A stretch of DNA of 64,000 nt from Antedon mediterranea (GCF_964355755.1 NC_092679.1:22179432-22243431); one strand, 5' to 3'; counted from the first letter of the stretch, positions 38,721-51,866 are shown. Notes: generated by a model from the sequence alone, not told the origin. Program-made: numbers and translations.

Positions 38721-41700
38721 GATCAGTTCTAACACTACATTCAGTGTACTGTATTACGTTGACAGAGCCATTGACATAATCTAATAACCACCTTTCAACT
38801 ATATGTCAACCAGACAAACATTGTGTTTATTAATAATATATATGAAAAAGAATAAAGTAAAACATTGAAACAAAGTTGACTAAGAATCAATCATGTATCA
38901 TGTTTCTTTACATGATTTTGTTTAATATATCCTTTTTTTTATTGAAAATATATGTATTGTTTGACTGCCAGAATGAAAGAATTAGATTAAAGTTGAAACA
39001 ATCAGAATTTACTGCAGTACATATGTACATGTAGTACTCAAATATAACAGAACCAAAACAGTTACAATACAAAAAAACAATACAGTTGACTCTCACAATA
39101 TCAGGATTTATGAAAATTGAAACGCTACCAAATCCACTTTCCCAAATAAATTTTTAACCACAAAAAACCCAAGGAGAGTTGTAATTATGTTTCTCTGATG
39201 TTGACTTATACCCTTTTCACACCTGCAAAAACTGATTGTGTCGCAGCCACAGATAAACCATTTGATCTCCGGAGCTCAGAATCCGGGGAAGGGAAAATAC
39301 AGAATTTTGAAAAAACCAAGTAGTAACCAGGGCTTATCGAATGGTTCCGGCATCTTGTTGGTTCCCTCCCCATGAAGAATCATATTTTGAACTACAATAA
39401 CATTGGAGTCCGCCCTCTAGCCAATCTATAATACCTCAATGGACTATATACCCTAACAAGGTTATACTGCACAGTATAAGGAAGAGGATGATAATGATGA
39501 TGATGGAATTCCATGAAATGCTTTGATACAAATCTTTAATTAAATCCCAGTTGAGATGCATTGTCTTGTTGCCTAGATACAATAACAATGAATTATATAT
39601 ACTATCATCATTATAGTCAGATTCTCATTGGGATTTGATTGAGACAACCCCTATACAATTACTTGTAAGATATAGCATTATGCCGATTTAGCCTGACTTT
39701 TCATGCGTAAACGTATGTTACATCCACAATATACAATTACATTTGTGTACTGCCGTTCACCGCCATAAATTTGATTTGCATATGATTAAACAGCTTTTCA
39801 AAAGCCAACTTAGAATCCAGTTTGCAAATATAGTACTGTACTTTAGTGACAAGCGGATTTAGTTACTGGATAAAAATAATAAGAATAATAAAATCTTTAT
39901 TTTTGCAACAGAAAAAACTCGTTCACCAGAAAGGTGTTCTTCCATGAAGAATGTATAACATTGTAACACAAAGTATTGTAATTAAAATTAAAATAGGTTA
40001 AAAAAAAAACACAAAAAATTAATGCATTTACAACTCAGTCAGTCTACCTACAATGAAGTTAAAATAAAATGTTTAAAAGCAATACAAACACATATGTTCT
40101 CAACATTTTGACACCAATATCAAGACTCTGTGATTTGCAGTTACGTAGCCTATGAGTATTCCATGCCGTATGTCAAAGGTCACAAAATGGACTTAAAAAC
40201 AAGCATTTCCAATACCATTCTCCATAGTTTTAAATGCATCAGAAATTTTGGTCTGGCCCAATGGTGTATTTATTATTTTTTTATTCAGTTTTAAAATACT
40301 TTTTGTACTCTGGTTTTCTCTGTCAATCCTGAATTGACACCGAAGGATTACTTGGAGCTGATTGGCTTAAACAGCAGTAATATCGCAAATATTTAGCATT
40401 TGGGATGACCAAAAACAGGTGCAGACTAGGGTTCACTTAGACCAAACCTTGATTAGCGACGAGGGCTCCCTTTTTAAAAATGTTTGTAAAACTAGTGTGA
40501 AATTATCCAAGTGCAAACAAATTTACCTATGATCATGGGTAAAAGGTTGGTTAAAAGTTACCATTTAAGTTCAGTGTGAACAAGGCCTAATAGAAGTTAA
40601 TTGAGTGGGTCGTGTAAACATACAGTTATATTGGCATCTTTCCAAACATGAACATATTTGTATTTTGTAATCAAGTTTATTTTTATTAACAATACAATGT
40701 CATTTTCGCATAAATTTCCATGTTCACCATAAATGAATTTGCATAATATGTTTAAAGACGATAACCTAATCTCATATTTAACGGGCTTGCAAATGAGGAG
40801 ACGAAATCAGATTATTTAAATCCGATACAATTAGTCCGCCTTACTTGTTATCGACCAATTAATTACGTAGCTGGAGGGTGACATACAAAAGAAAACCAAA
40901 CTGGTAGCTGTAGGCCCAAGAACATAAATGGGATGTTAGCCTAATGGATTTATGATTTTAGACAAAGTGCAAAATGTTTATATAACAATCAAGACTTTTC
41001 ATGCTAAGAGTTCATAAAAATGTTTCTTTTTTAAGGGGCAGGGGCAAGTTTCATTAGATTCAAGCAAGGAAACCTAACAACAAGACACTAAGCTCGCCTT
41101 GCCAAGATAGGAACTTGCAACAGTCCTTTGATCTTATGTAGGGCTGCGACAAATACCAACTGTACACATTCTCTGTGGTGTCACTGCCAGGACTAAGCAA
41201 AGTGTTCCCTTAATAGTCTCTGAACAGTGGTTAGCGTTATATACATATATTGTCTGTTATTCATTTCACACAAAAGTGTTGCTATTATACAGTAGTATGA
41301 TAGTTGTGATCCACTTTAAGTACTGTGATACAGAAAGTGTTAACAGTAAAAGACAAAGAGAAATATATAAAATATACTGTTCTAGGTTGAACACCCTTTT
41401 TCCCTAAACTATCTTGTTTAACCCGGCAGAATTATATAAAAGACATGTCCAAGAACTTTAATGAGTTCTGGACAATTAAACTGAAGGAAAGCACACTGCC
41501 CTCGGTGGTTAGTATCCGGAACACACTTCAGAATCGGCCGAGGAGTCTCTGCAATTTGGGCATGAGAGAACAACTGAAGGTTTTTAAAAAAAAACATGTT
41601 TCGCCAACTAAATGTAGATAAAAACGAGGGAGTAGAATTTAAGATTACTCAATAAAAACACAAGATTATATCGGCTTATTTATTAATGTTGGTCACGCAT

Positions 41701-42146
41701 CAATAAGTTTACATCTATAGGTTTGTAAAGAAGACACAAACAGAAAGCAATACATAGCGTGGGTGGATATGCGTTGTATATTATTAATATACAGTCACTA
41801 TGAATTATTTATAGTTAAATTATATAAAACATATAATATAAATAATGCAATACTTATTACTTTTATATTAAACTCGCTTGCAATATAATAAAGATCAGTT
41901 AATATAAGTTAATGTTTTAGTAAACAAGTGTTGTTTAATATATTTAAAATTGTTTTGTATTTCTTGTATGAAGCGCTATTTTCATAATGCTGACAATATA
42001 TACTGTACAACAAACAGCAGGACTATATATGTACATGGAAAAATGAAATGAAAAAATGAATGATGGACAGAGAGACAGACAGGCATTATGGGACAGACAG
42101 ACAGACAGACAGATGGCAGACTCAATAGAAAGAGTTCTACTACTTG

Positions 42147-42340
42147 TAGTGGAGCTGTGGTTAACATGCTTGCCTTCCAATCCCAAGGTCCGGGGTTCAA
42201 TCCTGACCTATAGTTTCAGGGCTGTAACTCATGATTCTTTCAACTCCACTCCCTAAGCCTCTAATGAGACTTAAATTATAAAATAGTTTATCTATCATGT
42301 AATTGGCGAGTTTGTGCTCGCTGTTGGATGCGTATGAAAT
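42147..42340 (+). mobile_element. tRNA-Gly(TCC)-derived SINE
   Basis: GTGGTTAACATGCTTGCCTTCCAATCCCAAGGTCCGGGGTTCAATCC head (GCCTTCCAA anticodon arm, B-box GGTTCAATCC). The body AACTCCACTCCCTAAGCCTC...CTGTTGGATGCGTATGAAA is shared with the inverted copy at 50244-50410. Confidence 0.75.
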
Positions 42341-42539
42341 ATATAAAAAAATACAATACCATATGGAATACAATTATGGTTTAAAAAATATTTCTAACAA
42401 ATACCTGTATATACAAAATAAAACAATAAAGATATCATAAAGATGAAACATAAAATGCATAGGTGATGGACTCTATTACCATGTGGACAAAAGATTGTTT
42501 ATTTTTTATTAAAGTGAACAAAAAAAAAAGATCACAAAC

Positions 42540-42683
42540 CTTATGGTCGTTGACTTGAAATTTGATCCAACCGTCGTCAATAGACATGATAAATGTTCCT
42601 TGTACAAGATCCAAATTCAGAGAATACCCGCCAAATAACAGAAGCGGGTAAACAGACACCATACTACAATCACGTATGTACAC
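42540..42683 (-). CDS. DHX57: DHX57 exon (OB-fold region)
   Basis: ag|GTG ... AAG|gt, 144 nt, phase 0: VYIRDCSMVSVYPLLLFGGYSLNLDLVQGTFIMSIDDGWIKFQVNDHK. Confidence 0.95.
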
Positions 42684-43104
42684 CTACGGGCAGAAGAAAA
42701 TCATAATTAACTTTTTACCTATAATTAATTTATTAGTTACACCTACAGTAATATCAAGGGGTTTTTTTCAATTGACTTTCTCCTGATGATTCACACCTTA
42801 TTCTGTGAATAAATAAAAAATAAATAATTCTTTGCAATCTATAGAAAACCATCCATTACATTGACACAGGTTTAATGAACTCCTCGATAATTCTGGTGCT
42901 AGAGTCAGTCTTCTCTGATAAAAAATTTAAAACTATGTACTCATGGGCTAGCACCCAGTACATCAGCGTTACTCCAGTGTTCTGGTACGGCCATGATGGT
43001 TCGAGGTTGTGTCCACAGATCCATTACAGCCAACAAAATGATGATTAAGTTTACCACAGATACAGTATGTCCAATTGATATATGAATGTACAATATATTA
43101 CAGT

Positions 43105-43241
43105 TAAGCTCTGTCTTCACAATCAAACTAGTTTGACAAAAAAAAAGATGCGCCTCAAATATGATCTGACATCGTGTGCATACCTGTATATGGGCATAAT
43201 TTTTTTGTTATATTAAGTTTGACAGTGTAGACAGAGCTTTA
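43105..43241. mobile_element. MITE family B copy
   Basis: TAAGCTCTGTCTTCACAATCAAACT ... AGTTTGACAGTGTAGACAGAGCTTTA. Confidence 0.8.
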
Positions 43242-44609
43242 GGTTAGGGTATACGGCTTATGATACAAGCATCACATGTGATATATGTGACACTGTAACA
43301 GAATTCAATGCCATGAAACAAAAGGACAAATAAGAATCAGCTACTGCTCCAAAAAGAGAAATTCAATAGCCAAAATTCATCAGGAAAATATATCTGTATA
43401 ATTCTCCCTCTAAGAAGACAGAAGATGAGTTCTATTTATAGTCACTGGATCTTTAATTTAAATTAAACTTTCATAATTTAAAGGTTTGTATATGATGAAT
43501 AGTGCTAGTGTACTTTCAGAGTAAAATCAAATTATATCAACCAATCGATTAATAATTGAATATTATTTATATACCATAATTTGTCTTGCAATAATATAAC
43601 CTGCCAAATATATTCTCATATAACAAACTGGTGAAGAATAATGTTATAAAATAGGAATTCAACAACATTTTCTCAAAATTTATATTTAAGGCATTTTTCT
43701 TTTGAAGGAGAAAAGCTAAAAATTTAAAAAAAAGGTGATTTTTATTCTAATTTTATTAAAAAAATTAAACTTTAGTTTGACAAAAAAGTGTGATGTACCC
43801 AAATATGGTAGTGATATGCCTAAACATGGTAGTGATATTACATCATCATGTCCATATAATAATAATAATAATAATGGGCACATCAAATTTTGTATTCACA
43901 TAAAATTTGATAGTGTAGACAGAGCTTTATATAATTGCAAAGTAGTCCTGTATCTCCACTTTTATTTATTTTATTATTATTATTTCACGATGTTCGTTGC
44001 TTTTGAAAAAAATGAGGTTATTATTATAAATAAACAATAGACAGAGCTAGCCTTAAACAATATAACATGTTTATGTTGAACAATCTAGAGGGAAATAATG
44101 TTATTGACATTATTACAAACATTGATTCATTCGCATTATTACTTCACAAATGTCTCGATATTAACATGACGTCAATGTACAGCTCCAGGCTTCATGCCTG
44201 ACAATCAGTTGTTCGAATCCCTTCCTAATAACATTAGATACAACACTTTAATGAAGAATATCGTACGTCGCTTCACCCAGGGGGTATGACCAGACAAAAC
44301 TCACACATTTTATTAAATAAAATTTTACGTGCATAGAGTTCTGCATGAGTGAGCAAGCTATCCCATGAGGCCAGAGACTGTTGCATATGTGTGATTGTGT
44401 ATCATGTGATTAGAAGAAGATTTGTAATATTAACGCTGAATAAATTTTATGAAATAATTAATCTTATACCTAACGCTTCTGTAAATTACGGCTGAACTAA
44501 CAGAAATGATCTAAGGTCAGGTAACGTTCATTAGATTGATTAGTTTTTGATTATTATCATGTGATATGATACATCATCATTATGACATATATCTATCAAT
44601 ATTTTTATT

Positions 44610-44800
44610 TAAATGTGATTATGACATTTCAACATGATTATGATTATAAAACATGTTATTTCAACATGATTAAAAAATTTCAACATGATTACAAAATTTC
44701 AACATGATTATGATATTTCAACATGATTTAATGATATTTTAACATAACATGATTACGATATTTCAATATGATTACGATATTTTAACATGATTACGATCTG
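44610..44800. repeat. ~18-19-bp tandem repeat (TTTCAACATGATTAtGATA)
   Basis: About 9 degenerate copies of CAACATGATTA just downstream (in transcript sense) of a DHX57 donor site. Confidence 0.8.
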
Positions 44801-44816
44801 TAAAAATTGATATTAC

Positions 44817-44906
44817 CTTTGATGTCTTTATCTTCTCATGATATATAAGGTATGGACTTTCAAAATGGCCAACTTGAAAATTTACGGATGACGGGTGAAT
44901 ACTGAC
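44817..44906 (-). CDS. DHX57: DHX57 exon
   Basis: tag|GTC ... AAG|gtaat, 90 nt: VSIHPSSVNFQVGHFESPYLIYHEKIKTSK, with the DEAH OB-fold HPSSVN motif. Confidence 0.95.
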
Positions 44907-45789
44907 CTAAAATTTAAAAAAAAAGGTTGTTTAGATTTCATACGATGAAACAACTAACTTTGTTTTGAGAAGCTGACATAAACATTTTTTCAGGTTCATG
45001 GACACACAGCCACTGTCGTGGACAGACGAGAGAGATCTACAATTGGCAGCACTGACATGAGAAGCATGTAGTTGAAAAGTGTAACATAAAAAGTCCACAC
45101 AGCCATGAGCATTGATCGTTGGAATAGCACTACAAATGGAAATTAATATTATATTAAAATTATTATTTATTTATTATTTATTATTATTATTAATATTATA
45201 GGACTTATGCATTATTTTATGCATTTTAAAATTTGTCAACATTTTCGACTTTCCACCCAAAATTGGGTGTCATAACTTAGACCAAACCAAATCCAACAAA
45301 ATTTAGGTCGTTTAATCTCTCTATGAGTCCAGGCAGCTTTCTATTGACCATAACATAAAAATAGTTTAATAATCAAACAATTAAAATTGATTTTCATTAA
45401 TAATTAATAATTTACTAATAACTAGTTAACAGTGAGTTGATTTCCTAGTTGCCAATATTGTCACTGATTCTAATGACAATTTAGACATTGTAAACAAAGA
45501 TTCACTTTAACAGTTTTTCTTTCCATAAGAGTGGTTGCTAAGCTACACTGTTTAAATGATGCGTTTTAACATTTTGTCCCCAACATTGTCATCAGGGTTT
45601 TAATATGAACAGTAAATGAACAGTAAATTTACAGACACTATGCATGGGGATATTATTTTGTTATTTTATTAAACACGATGTTTTTAAAAACAGCAACATT
45701 AAAGGACAGACCTACTTTAATTGCAAAAGTTGCTTTATAAAAAGATTCTAAGACTATAGAATATGTTTTTTTAATGCACAAATATCTGG

Positions 45790-46863
45790 GCGGTTTTGAG
45801 TCAAATGGCCAAGTGGCTTTGAGTCAAATGGCCAAGCGGCTTTGAGTCAAATGGCCAAGCGGCTTTGAGTCAAATGGCCAAGCGGCTTGGAGTCAAATGG
45901 CCAAGCGGCTTGGAGTCAAATGGCCAAGCGGCTTTGAGTCAAATGGCCAAGCGGCTTGGAGTCAAATGGCCAAGCGGCTTTGAGTCAAATGGCCAAGCGG
46001 CTTTGAGTCAAATGGCCAAGCGGCTTTGAGTCAAATGGCCAAGCGGCTTTGAGTCAAATGGCCAAGCGGCTTTGAGTCAAATGGCCAAGCGGCTTTGAGT
46101 CAAATGGCCAAGCGGCTTTGAGTCAAATGGCCAAGCGGCTTTGAGTCAAATGGCCAAGTGGCTTTGAGTCAAATGGCCAAGCGGCTTTGAGTCAAATGGC
46201 CAAGCGGCTTTGAGTCAAATGGCCAAGCGGCTTTGAGTCAAATGGCCAAGCGGCTTTGAGTCAAATGGCCAAGCGGCTTTGAGTCAAATGGCCAAGTGGC
46301 TTTGAGTCAAATGGCCAAGCGGCTTTGAGTCAAATGGCCAAGCGGCTTTGAGTCAAATGGCCAAGCGGCTTGGAGTCAAATGGCCAAGCGGCTTTGAGTC
46401 AAATGGCCAAGCGGCTTGGAGTCAAATGGCCAAGCGGCTTTGAGTCAAATGGCCAAGCGGCTTTGAGTCAAATGGCCAAGCGGCTTTGAGTCAAATGGCC
46501 AAGCGGCTTTGAGTCAAATGGCCAAGCGGCTTTGAGTCAAATGGCCAAGTGGCTTTGAGTCAAATGGCCAAGCGGCTTTGAGTCAAATGGCCAAGCGGCT
46601 TTGAGTCAAATGGCCAAGCGGCTTTGAGTCAAATGGCCAAGCGGCTTTGAGTCAAATGGCCAAGCGGCTTTGAGTCAAATGGCCAAGCGGCTTTGAGTCA
46701 AATGGCCAAGCGGCTTTGAGTCAAATGAACGTGCGGTTTTGAGTCAAATGAACGTGCGGTTTTGAGTCAAATGAACATGCGGTTTTGAGTCAAATGGACG
46801 TGCGGTTTTCAGTCAACTGGACGTACGGTTTACAGTCAAATGGCCGAGCGATTTTAAGTCAAA
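45790..46863. repeat. 23-bp minisatellite (~40 near-perfect plus ~5 diverged units)
   Basis: Unit GCGGCTTTGAGTCAAATGGCCAA, with sporadic TTG/TGG and GCGG/GTGG variants. Units degenerate toward the right end. Confidence 0.97.
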
Positions 46864-46974
46864 CGGTTTAAGGCAGGGGCCGATTGTTTAGCTAAGGTTT
46901 GCTGCACCGTTGTCTTTACCGCCTGGCCACTAATTAGTATTTAATACTCATGCACGGCCATGTCTACTACTCAC

Positions 46975-47151
46975 ATATCCATCTTGTTGGGTCTTGAGCC
47001 TAATCTGCTCCACCTTAGAGGCCAGCGGCATACTTCCAGCCTTAGTTTGACTGAACTTAGATTCTGGTGTCATCACTTGAACAATGTTTGGGTAGAGAGC
47101 AGCGCATAAGACGGCTATAACTAAGCGGTTATTCTCCGCATTGATGTTGGC
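46975..47151 (-). CDS. DHX57: DHX57 exon
   Basis: ttcag|GCC ... TAT|gtgagt, 177 nt: ANINAENNRLVIAVLCAALYPNIVQVMTPESKFSQTKAGSMPLASKVEQIRLKTQQDGY. Confidence 0.95.
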
Positions 47152-47268
47152 CTGAAATAAAATAATTTTACATTTTTTAGTTAGGCTCCATGAAGGAGTA
47201 GTAATATATTATATAATATAGAATTATTTTTTTTACATTATATCTTTCATACATACTGTACAGTGAAA

Positions 47269-47435
47269 TAAGCCTTGTCTACACTATCAAACTTCATGTG
47301 ACAAACAAATGTGATGTGCTCTTATATGGACATGATGATGTCATATCACTACCATATTTGGGCATATCACTACCATGTTCGGGCACATAACACTTTTCTT
47401 TGACAAACTAGTTTGATAGTGTGGACAGAGCTTTA
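47269..47435. mobile_element. MITE family B, complete copy
   Basis: TAAGCCTTGTCTACACTATCAAACT ... AGTTTGATAGTGTGGACAGAGCTTTA. Confidence 0.85.
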
Positions 47436-47569
47436 AGAGAAAGTACAGTGTTGAACTTGCTGTGAGGATTAATTCTTTTCTAGGAAATAGTTGCACTAGT
47501 TCTGAACAATAATAAAATCAATTTATTCAACAAATGTGACAAATAATTTAAATAAATGAGAAATTCTGC

Positions 47570-47995
47570 AATATTATGGTGATGATGAAAACAAAGGAGG
47601 GTAATGGAGACGATTAGATGACAATAATGATGCTGATAACGATAATTATTTAACAAATTAATCGAGTATGACGATTTAGGCATGATTATGATGATGATAA
47701 TGATGATGAATACAATAATGATGATTATGATGATGATGATTATAATGATGATGATTACGATGATAATAATGCTGATGATGGTGATGATGTACTGATGATT
47801 ATGATGATGAGGATGATAATTTAAGATGATGATTATGATGTACTGATGATGATGATTATGATAATGATGATAATTATGATGATATGATAATGATGATGAT
47901 AATGATAATAAGGATGATGATATGATGAAGAAAAATGATAGTGGTAATAATGATATAATTATGAACAAGATTATGGTGATAACAATGATATAAAG
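47570..47995. repeat. (GAT/AAT)n microsatellite
   Basis: Triplet runs that explain pseudo-ORF 47480-47968. Confidence 0.9.
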
Positions 47996-48226
47996 ATAAA
48001 ACTATTTAAAACTAATGATTAGGCAAGAATTTTAGTGAAAGTGAATGTACAATTTTTTTTTTAACACAGTATAGAGCAAGGTCTAAATAAGAGTTATACT
48101 GGGGAGTTATCTCAATCAATATGCTATCCAGCAATAGGCAGACAAGTAGATTATCTAATTGGTTCGCATGGGAACGGACAACTGAAGAACAATCAATACC
48201 TCCTACAAAACAACAATGCCAATACA

Positions 48227-48240
48227 GTTGCTATGGTAAC
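48227..48240. promoter_or_regulatory. RFX X-box consensus match in a DHX57 intron
   Basis: GTTGCTATGGTAAC fits GTHNYYATRRNAAC. Function is not shown. Confidence 0.3.
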
Positions 48241-48529
48241 AACAGGTGTTGAAGAATGAGCGGCATTTAATAAAACCAGAAACTGCAGCTGCAAGGGATG
48301 CGAACGGTTATTTATCTATGATGACCTTAGTCAAAGGATGTTCGCAGCCCTTCTATTCACTGACAGATAAATCTGGATTATACAATATTTTTATTCTCAC
48401 CTTTATAGATGAAAATATTATTGTATAATAGTAATTTTTTTTCCTTAAACCAATAGATGATAAATTCCGAAATCCATAAGATAAAAAGAACTGGTTTAAA
48501 TAAAAGTTTTTCAATTAGGCACTCCTTAA

Positions 48530-48860
48530 TAAATGCCAGGACAGACTTTTCTACATTATTTGAATAAATAAAACCTCAGTTTTTCACTTAAGCACTTTTA
48601 AATTTCTTAAGCAAAAAAGATTGATAAATGCAAGGACATAATTTTCTACATCACTTAAATCAATAAATAAACTTCAGTTTTTCACTTAAGCACTGTTTTG
48701 ACTTAAGCAAAAATACTGTCATTCGTACCTCTGACGTTTACAAAGTTTTCTACATCACTTAAATCAATAAATAAAATGCCAAGACAGACTTTTATACATC
48801 ACTTGAATAAATAAGACCTCAGATTTTTACTTAAGCACTTTTTAACATTTTAAACAAATT
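48530..48860. repeat. ~100-bp degenerate tandem repeat (3-4 copies)
   Basis: TTTCTACATCACTTAAATCAATAAATAAA.C.TCAGTTTTTCACTTAAGCACT recurs at ~48548, 48642, 48746 and 48790. Confidence 0.75.
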
Positions 48861-48890
48861 TTACTTTGGCAAAAAGAGTGAGATTCTTAC

Positions 48891-49028
48891 CTCTGGCGCA
48901 ACCGACTTTGCAACAACATCACTTCTACCACCAGCCATTCTGTCCATTCTTTTTGCACTTAGATTCTCACTGATGAAACCAATGTCACTAAGCAACTCCG
49001 CAAACTGATGCTTCATTGACGCCAACAT
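48891..49028 (-). CDS. DHX57: DHX57 exon
   Basis: tttcag|ATG ... GAG|gtaag, 138 nt: MLASMKHQFAELLSDIGFISENLSAKRMDRMAGGRSDVVAKSVAPE. Confidence 0.95.
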
Positions 49029-49271
49029 CTGAAAAAGTTATTGAAAAAATACTTTACTTTTATATTTATTTTAATTTATTTATTACGGTATAAAACAACA
49101 ACAACAGAAGAATTTAGGTATAAAAATAAAGACTATGTAATTATATTAAAAAAAAATATTATACAAATATATTCCAACCATATTCAGTTTCATGATATTT
49201 TGTTCTTACTCTACAAAGATTTTATTAATAACCTTTAAGACCACAGAACTACTTTTTCGAGACACCTACTG

Positions 49272-49425
49272 TAAATTCAGGAGACACCCCAATTCAGGAG
49301 CACCTCAATTCAGGAGACACCCCAATTCAGGAGACACCCCAATTCAGAAGACACTCCAATTCAGGAGACACCCCAATTCAGGAGACACCCCAATTCAGAA
49401 GACACTCCAATTCAGAAGACACTCC
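49272..49425. repeat. 17-bp minisatellite (CAGGAGACACCCCAATT)n
   Basis: About 9 units. Related, in reverse complement, to the 17-bp array at 54950-55163. Confidence 0.9.
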
Positions 49426-49519
49426 TGCCACTTTCACGCTGCTTAGAAAGCCTCCATAGACCATACAAAACGATATTTAGGGGGGGTTAGTTCAGTCATG
49501 GAGGAACAAAAAGATATAC

Positions 49520-49605
49520 ATTGAGGAGAGCCTTGAACCTGTGCCGATTTCAGTGGCTATGATTTCCAGCGCCCCTGCCTTAACCGCTCGGCCACTCAAC
49601 TCGAC
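49520..49605 (-). pseudogene. tRNA-Ser/Leu-like degenerate copy or SINE head
   Basis: On the - strand: GTGGCCGAGCGGTTAAGGC (A-box/D-arm of Ser/Leu tRNAs), a long variable region and GGTTCAAGGC (degenerate B-box). Confidence 0.6.
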
Positions 49606-49794
49606 TATTGAGATGTTAGTAATAATATTTTATTGTTTATAGATGGCAATATAGAATAAACACACTTCATATCTTAAGTATTTCTTAGAATTGGTGGTAA
49701 ATATACTCATTTATATTTAGATTCGAGTCTCTTCTCATAAAAACATTTTCCCTGGCACAATAAGAAATATTAATCGTGTGGTTTATATTATTAC

Positions 49795-49878
49795 CTGTAA
49801 TGTTTTTATAGAAAGAAAATTGGCATGACAGTACTGAAAACCGCTGGAGAACTTCCGATTCGTAACTGTCGCCCAACC
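49795..49878 (-). CDS. DHX57: DHX57 exon (most 5' exon found in the window)
   Basis: ttttcag|GGT ... CAG|gtaat, 84 nt: GWATVTNRKFSSGFQYCHANFLSIKTLQ (human GWQLSTKEGVRASYNYCRQNFLSGRVLQ). No further exon was recognised between 49.9 and 64 kb. Confidence 0.93.
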
Positions 49879-50243
49879 CTGAAAATAAACATAAATGAAA
49901 ATGTTAAATATTTGTAAATAAAAAATCAGTAAAATTAATTAGATATCACACACCCGAGTGGTAAACAATACTGTCTGATTGCCTAATTTTGTATCATGTG
50001 TCGTTAATAGTTCATACTGCACGGGAAAGTGATATTAAATGGTGATAATTAATGGTACTATTGCATGCTTAGATGACATTCGGAGAATTTTGTGCAATCA
50101 AAGCTGGTTGTCTATGTTGAGAACCAACCTATAGTGTGCGCTGTCTATAATGTTCTACAACTTGACGAAAATTGGAACGCTGCCGTTTTTAATGGCCTTA
50201 CCTCCTGTCTAGCTTTTGATTCAAGATTGAAACAGTAGATTTG

Positions 50244-50410
50244 TTTTCATACGCATCCAACAGTAACTCGCCAATTACAGAATGGATAAACTATTTAACA
50301 ATTTATTGTGCTTATAAACTAAGTCTGATTTGAGGCTTAGGGAGTGGAGTTAACCGCCGGACCTTGGGATTGGAAGGCAAGCGTGTTAACTACCACACTA
50401 CAACTCCACC
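50244..50410 (-). mobile_element. tRNA-Gly(TCC)-derived SINE, second copy
   Basis: Reverse complement of the 42147-42340 element (GTTAACACGCTTGCCTTCCAATCCCAAGGTCCGG...CTGTTGGATGCGTATGAAAA), with an internal deletion. Confidence 0.75.
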
Positions 50411-51792
50411 AAAATAATTGAATACAATAATATATATAAAACAATGTTTGTAGCCATGAATAGGGAGAGTATTTTATTCGTTGAAACCTGACTGTTATTA
50501 AACTCAGCTCGGGCTTGTTGAATAGAACAGTCAATCTTTAAACTCATTAAAATATTCTTCCCATTCAACTGATAAACATTCAATATTGCTATTTCATTGC
50601 TTCTTAATATTAACATTATATTAGTATAGCAATGAATAAATTTTATAAAGAATAGGATATAAATTACTACATAGAACTATACGACAAAAGAAGTATTTAA
50701 ATAATTCAATATACAATAAAATATTTATTTTAATGAATATAATAAAAAGTAAATATACACAAAAAAAGGAATATTTAAACATCCTATTCAAAAAGCGATT
50801 AAATTATTCAAAAATGTTTCACATGCACAACATAGTCTGTGATGAATCTAAATATTATGTGAAGAAGATCTCCCACGTGGATGAGGTGTACACGCACACT
50901 ATTAAACTCAGCACATGTAATTGTTTTAAAAGTAACCGTGTTATATACATGTCTAGATATTATCATATCATTACAAGAAATCAGCTATTCGCAACAAATA
51001 CCGCGTGAATTATGCATTAACGAACACGACAACATAGCAGTATGACAACAATGTACATGGTTTTAATGTTGGATTTGTGCATGCACGGCGACGAAATAAT
51101 TGGATCTTTTCAAAGCATATTTATTGATGAACACGTATAAAAATCAATACTGTAGATTATTGTGAAATGTTTTTTACTAGAATTTAAAATTGGAATAAAC
51201 AGCTATACACAGTTATATTTTATGGTGAAATTATCATTCAGAATGGAATTGCTCTCGAGAAAAATTCTCTTCTTTTATAATCACTAATTTAGAATGTGAA
51301 TAGAGTACCGTGTGTGCAGGCTAAAAATAGACTTTTATGAGACGGTTGTTGTATCGACACTGTAGCGGCTTAATGCGGTGCTTCGCAGTATATTTAGTTT
51401 AAGACAATACATCATCCTAAGGCTACTTACTGAATAAATTGTTACATACTAAATAGAAATTTGTTGTAATTTTTTGAATTTTTTTTACTGGTGGGTATGC
51501 ATACAGCAGCTGTATGTATGATGGGAAAAAATGGTTATAATGTGCGTATACATCCACCAAAAAGATTCAGATTAAATCACAAGATGGTAGTGAACCTTAG
51601 AGAACCTAAGCCTAACCACCATAAAAGCATACGGTAGATAAATAAAACCTAACCCTGTAAATAATTTTCTTCCAAAATAAATTGAAAACAGAAACACTGG
51701 TAGGAAGCACATTTTTTTTTCTTGAATTATTCAATGTGAAATAATTACAAGACCTACTTCCTAAATAATCTCTCACTACAAAGTAAAAAGGA

Positions 51793-51866
51793 AGTTGCTC
51801 ATGGGATTCGAACCCCACACGTTGACATACAAACCTATTGTGAAACCATTCGGCTACACAGACGGC
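51793..51866 (-). pseudogene. degenerate tRNA-like sequence
   Basis: On the - strand: TAGCCGAATGG (A-box) and GTGGGGTTCGAATCCCATG (T-arm/B-box). The anticodon and acceptor stems are poor. Confidence 0.55.

Noticed and set aside
45790-46863. CRISPR-like array
   Set aside because: The units are contiguous with no unique spacers, there are no cas genes and the context is a eukaryotic intron. It is a minisatellite.
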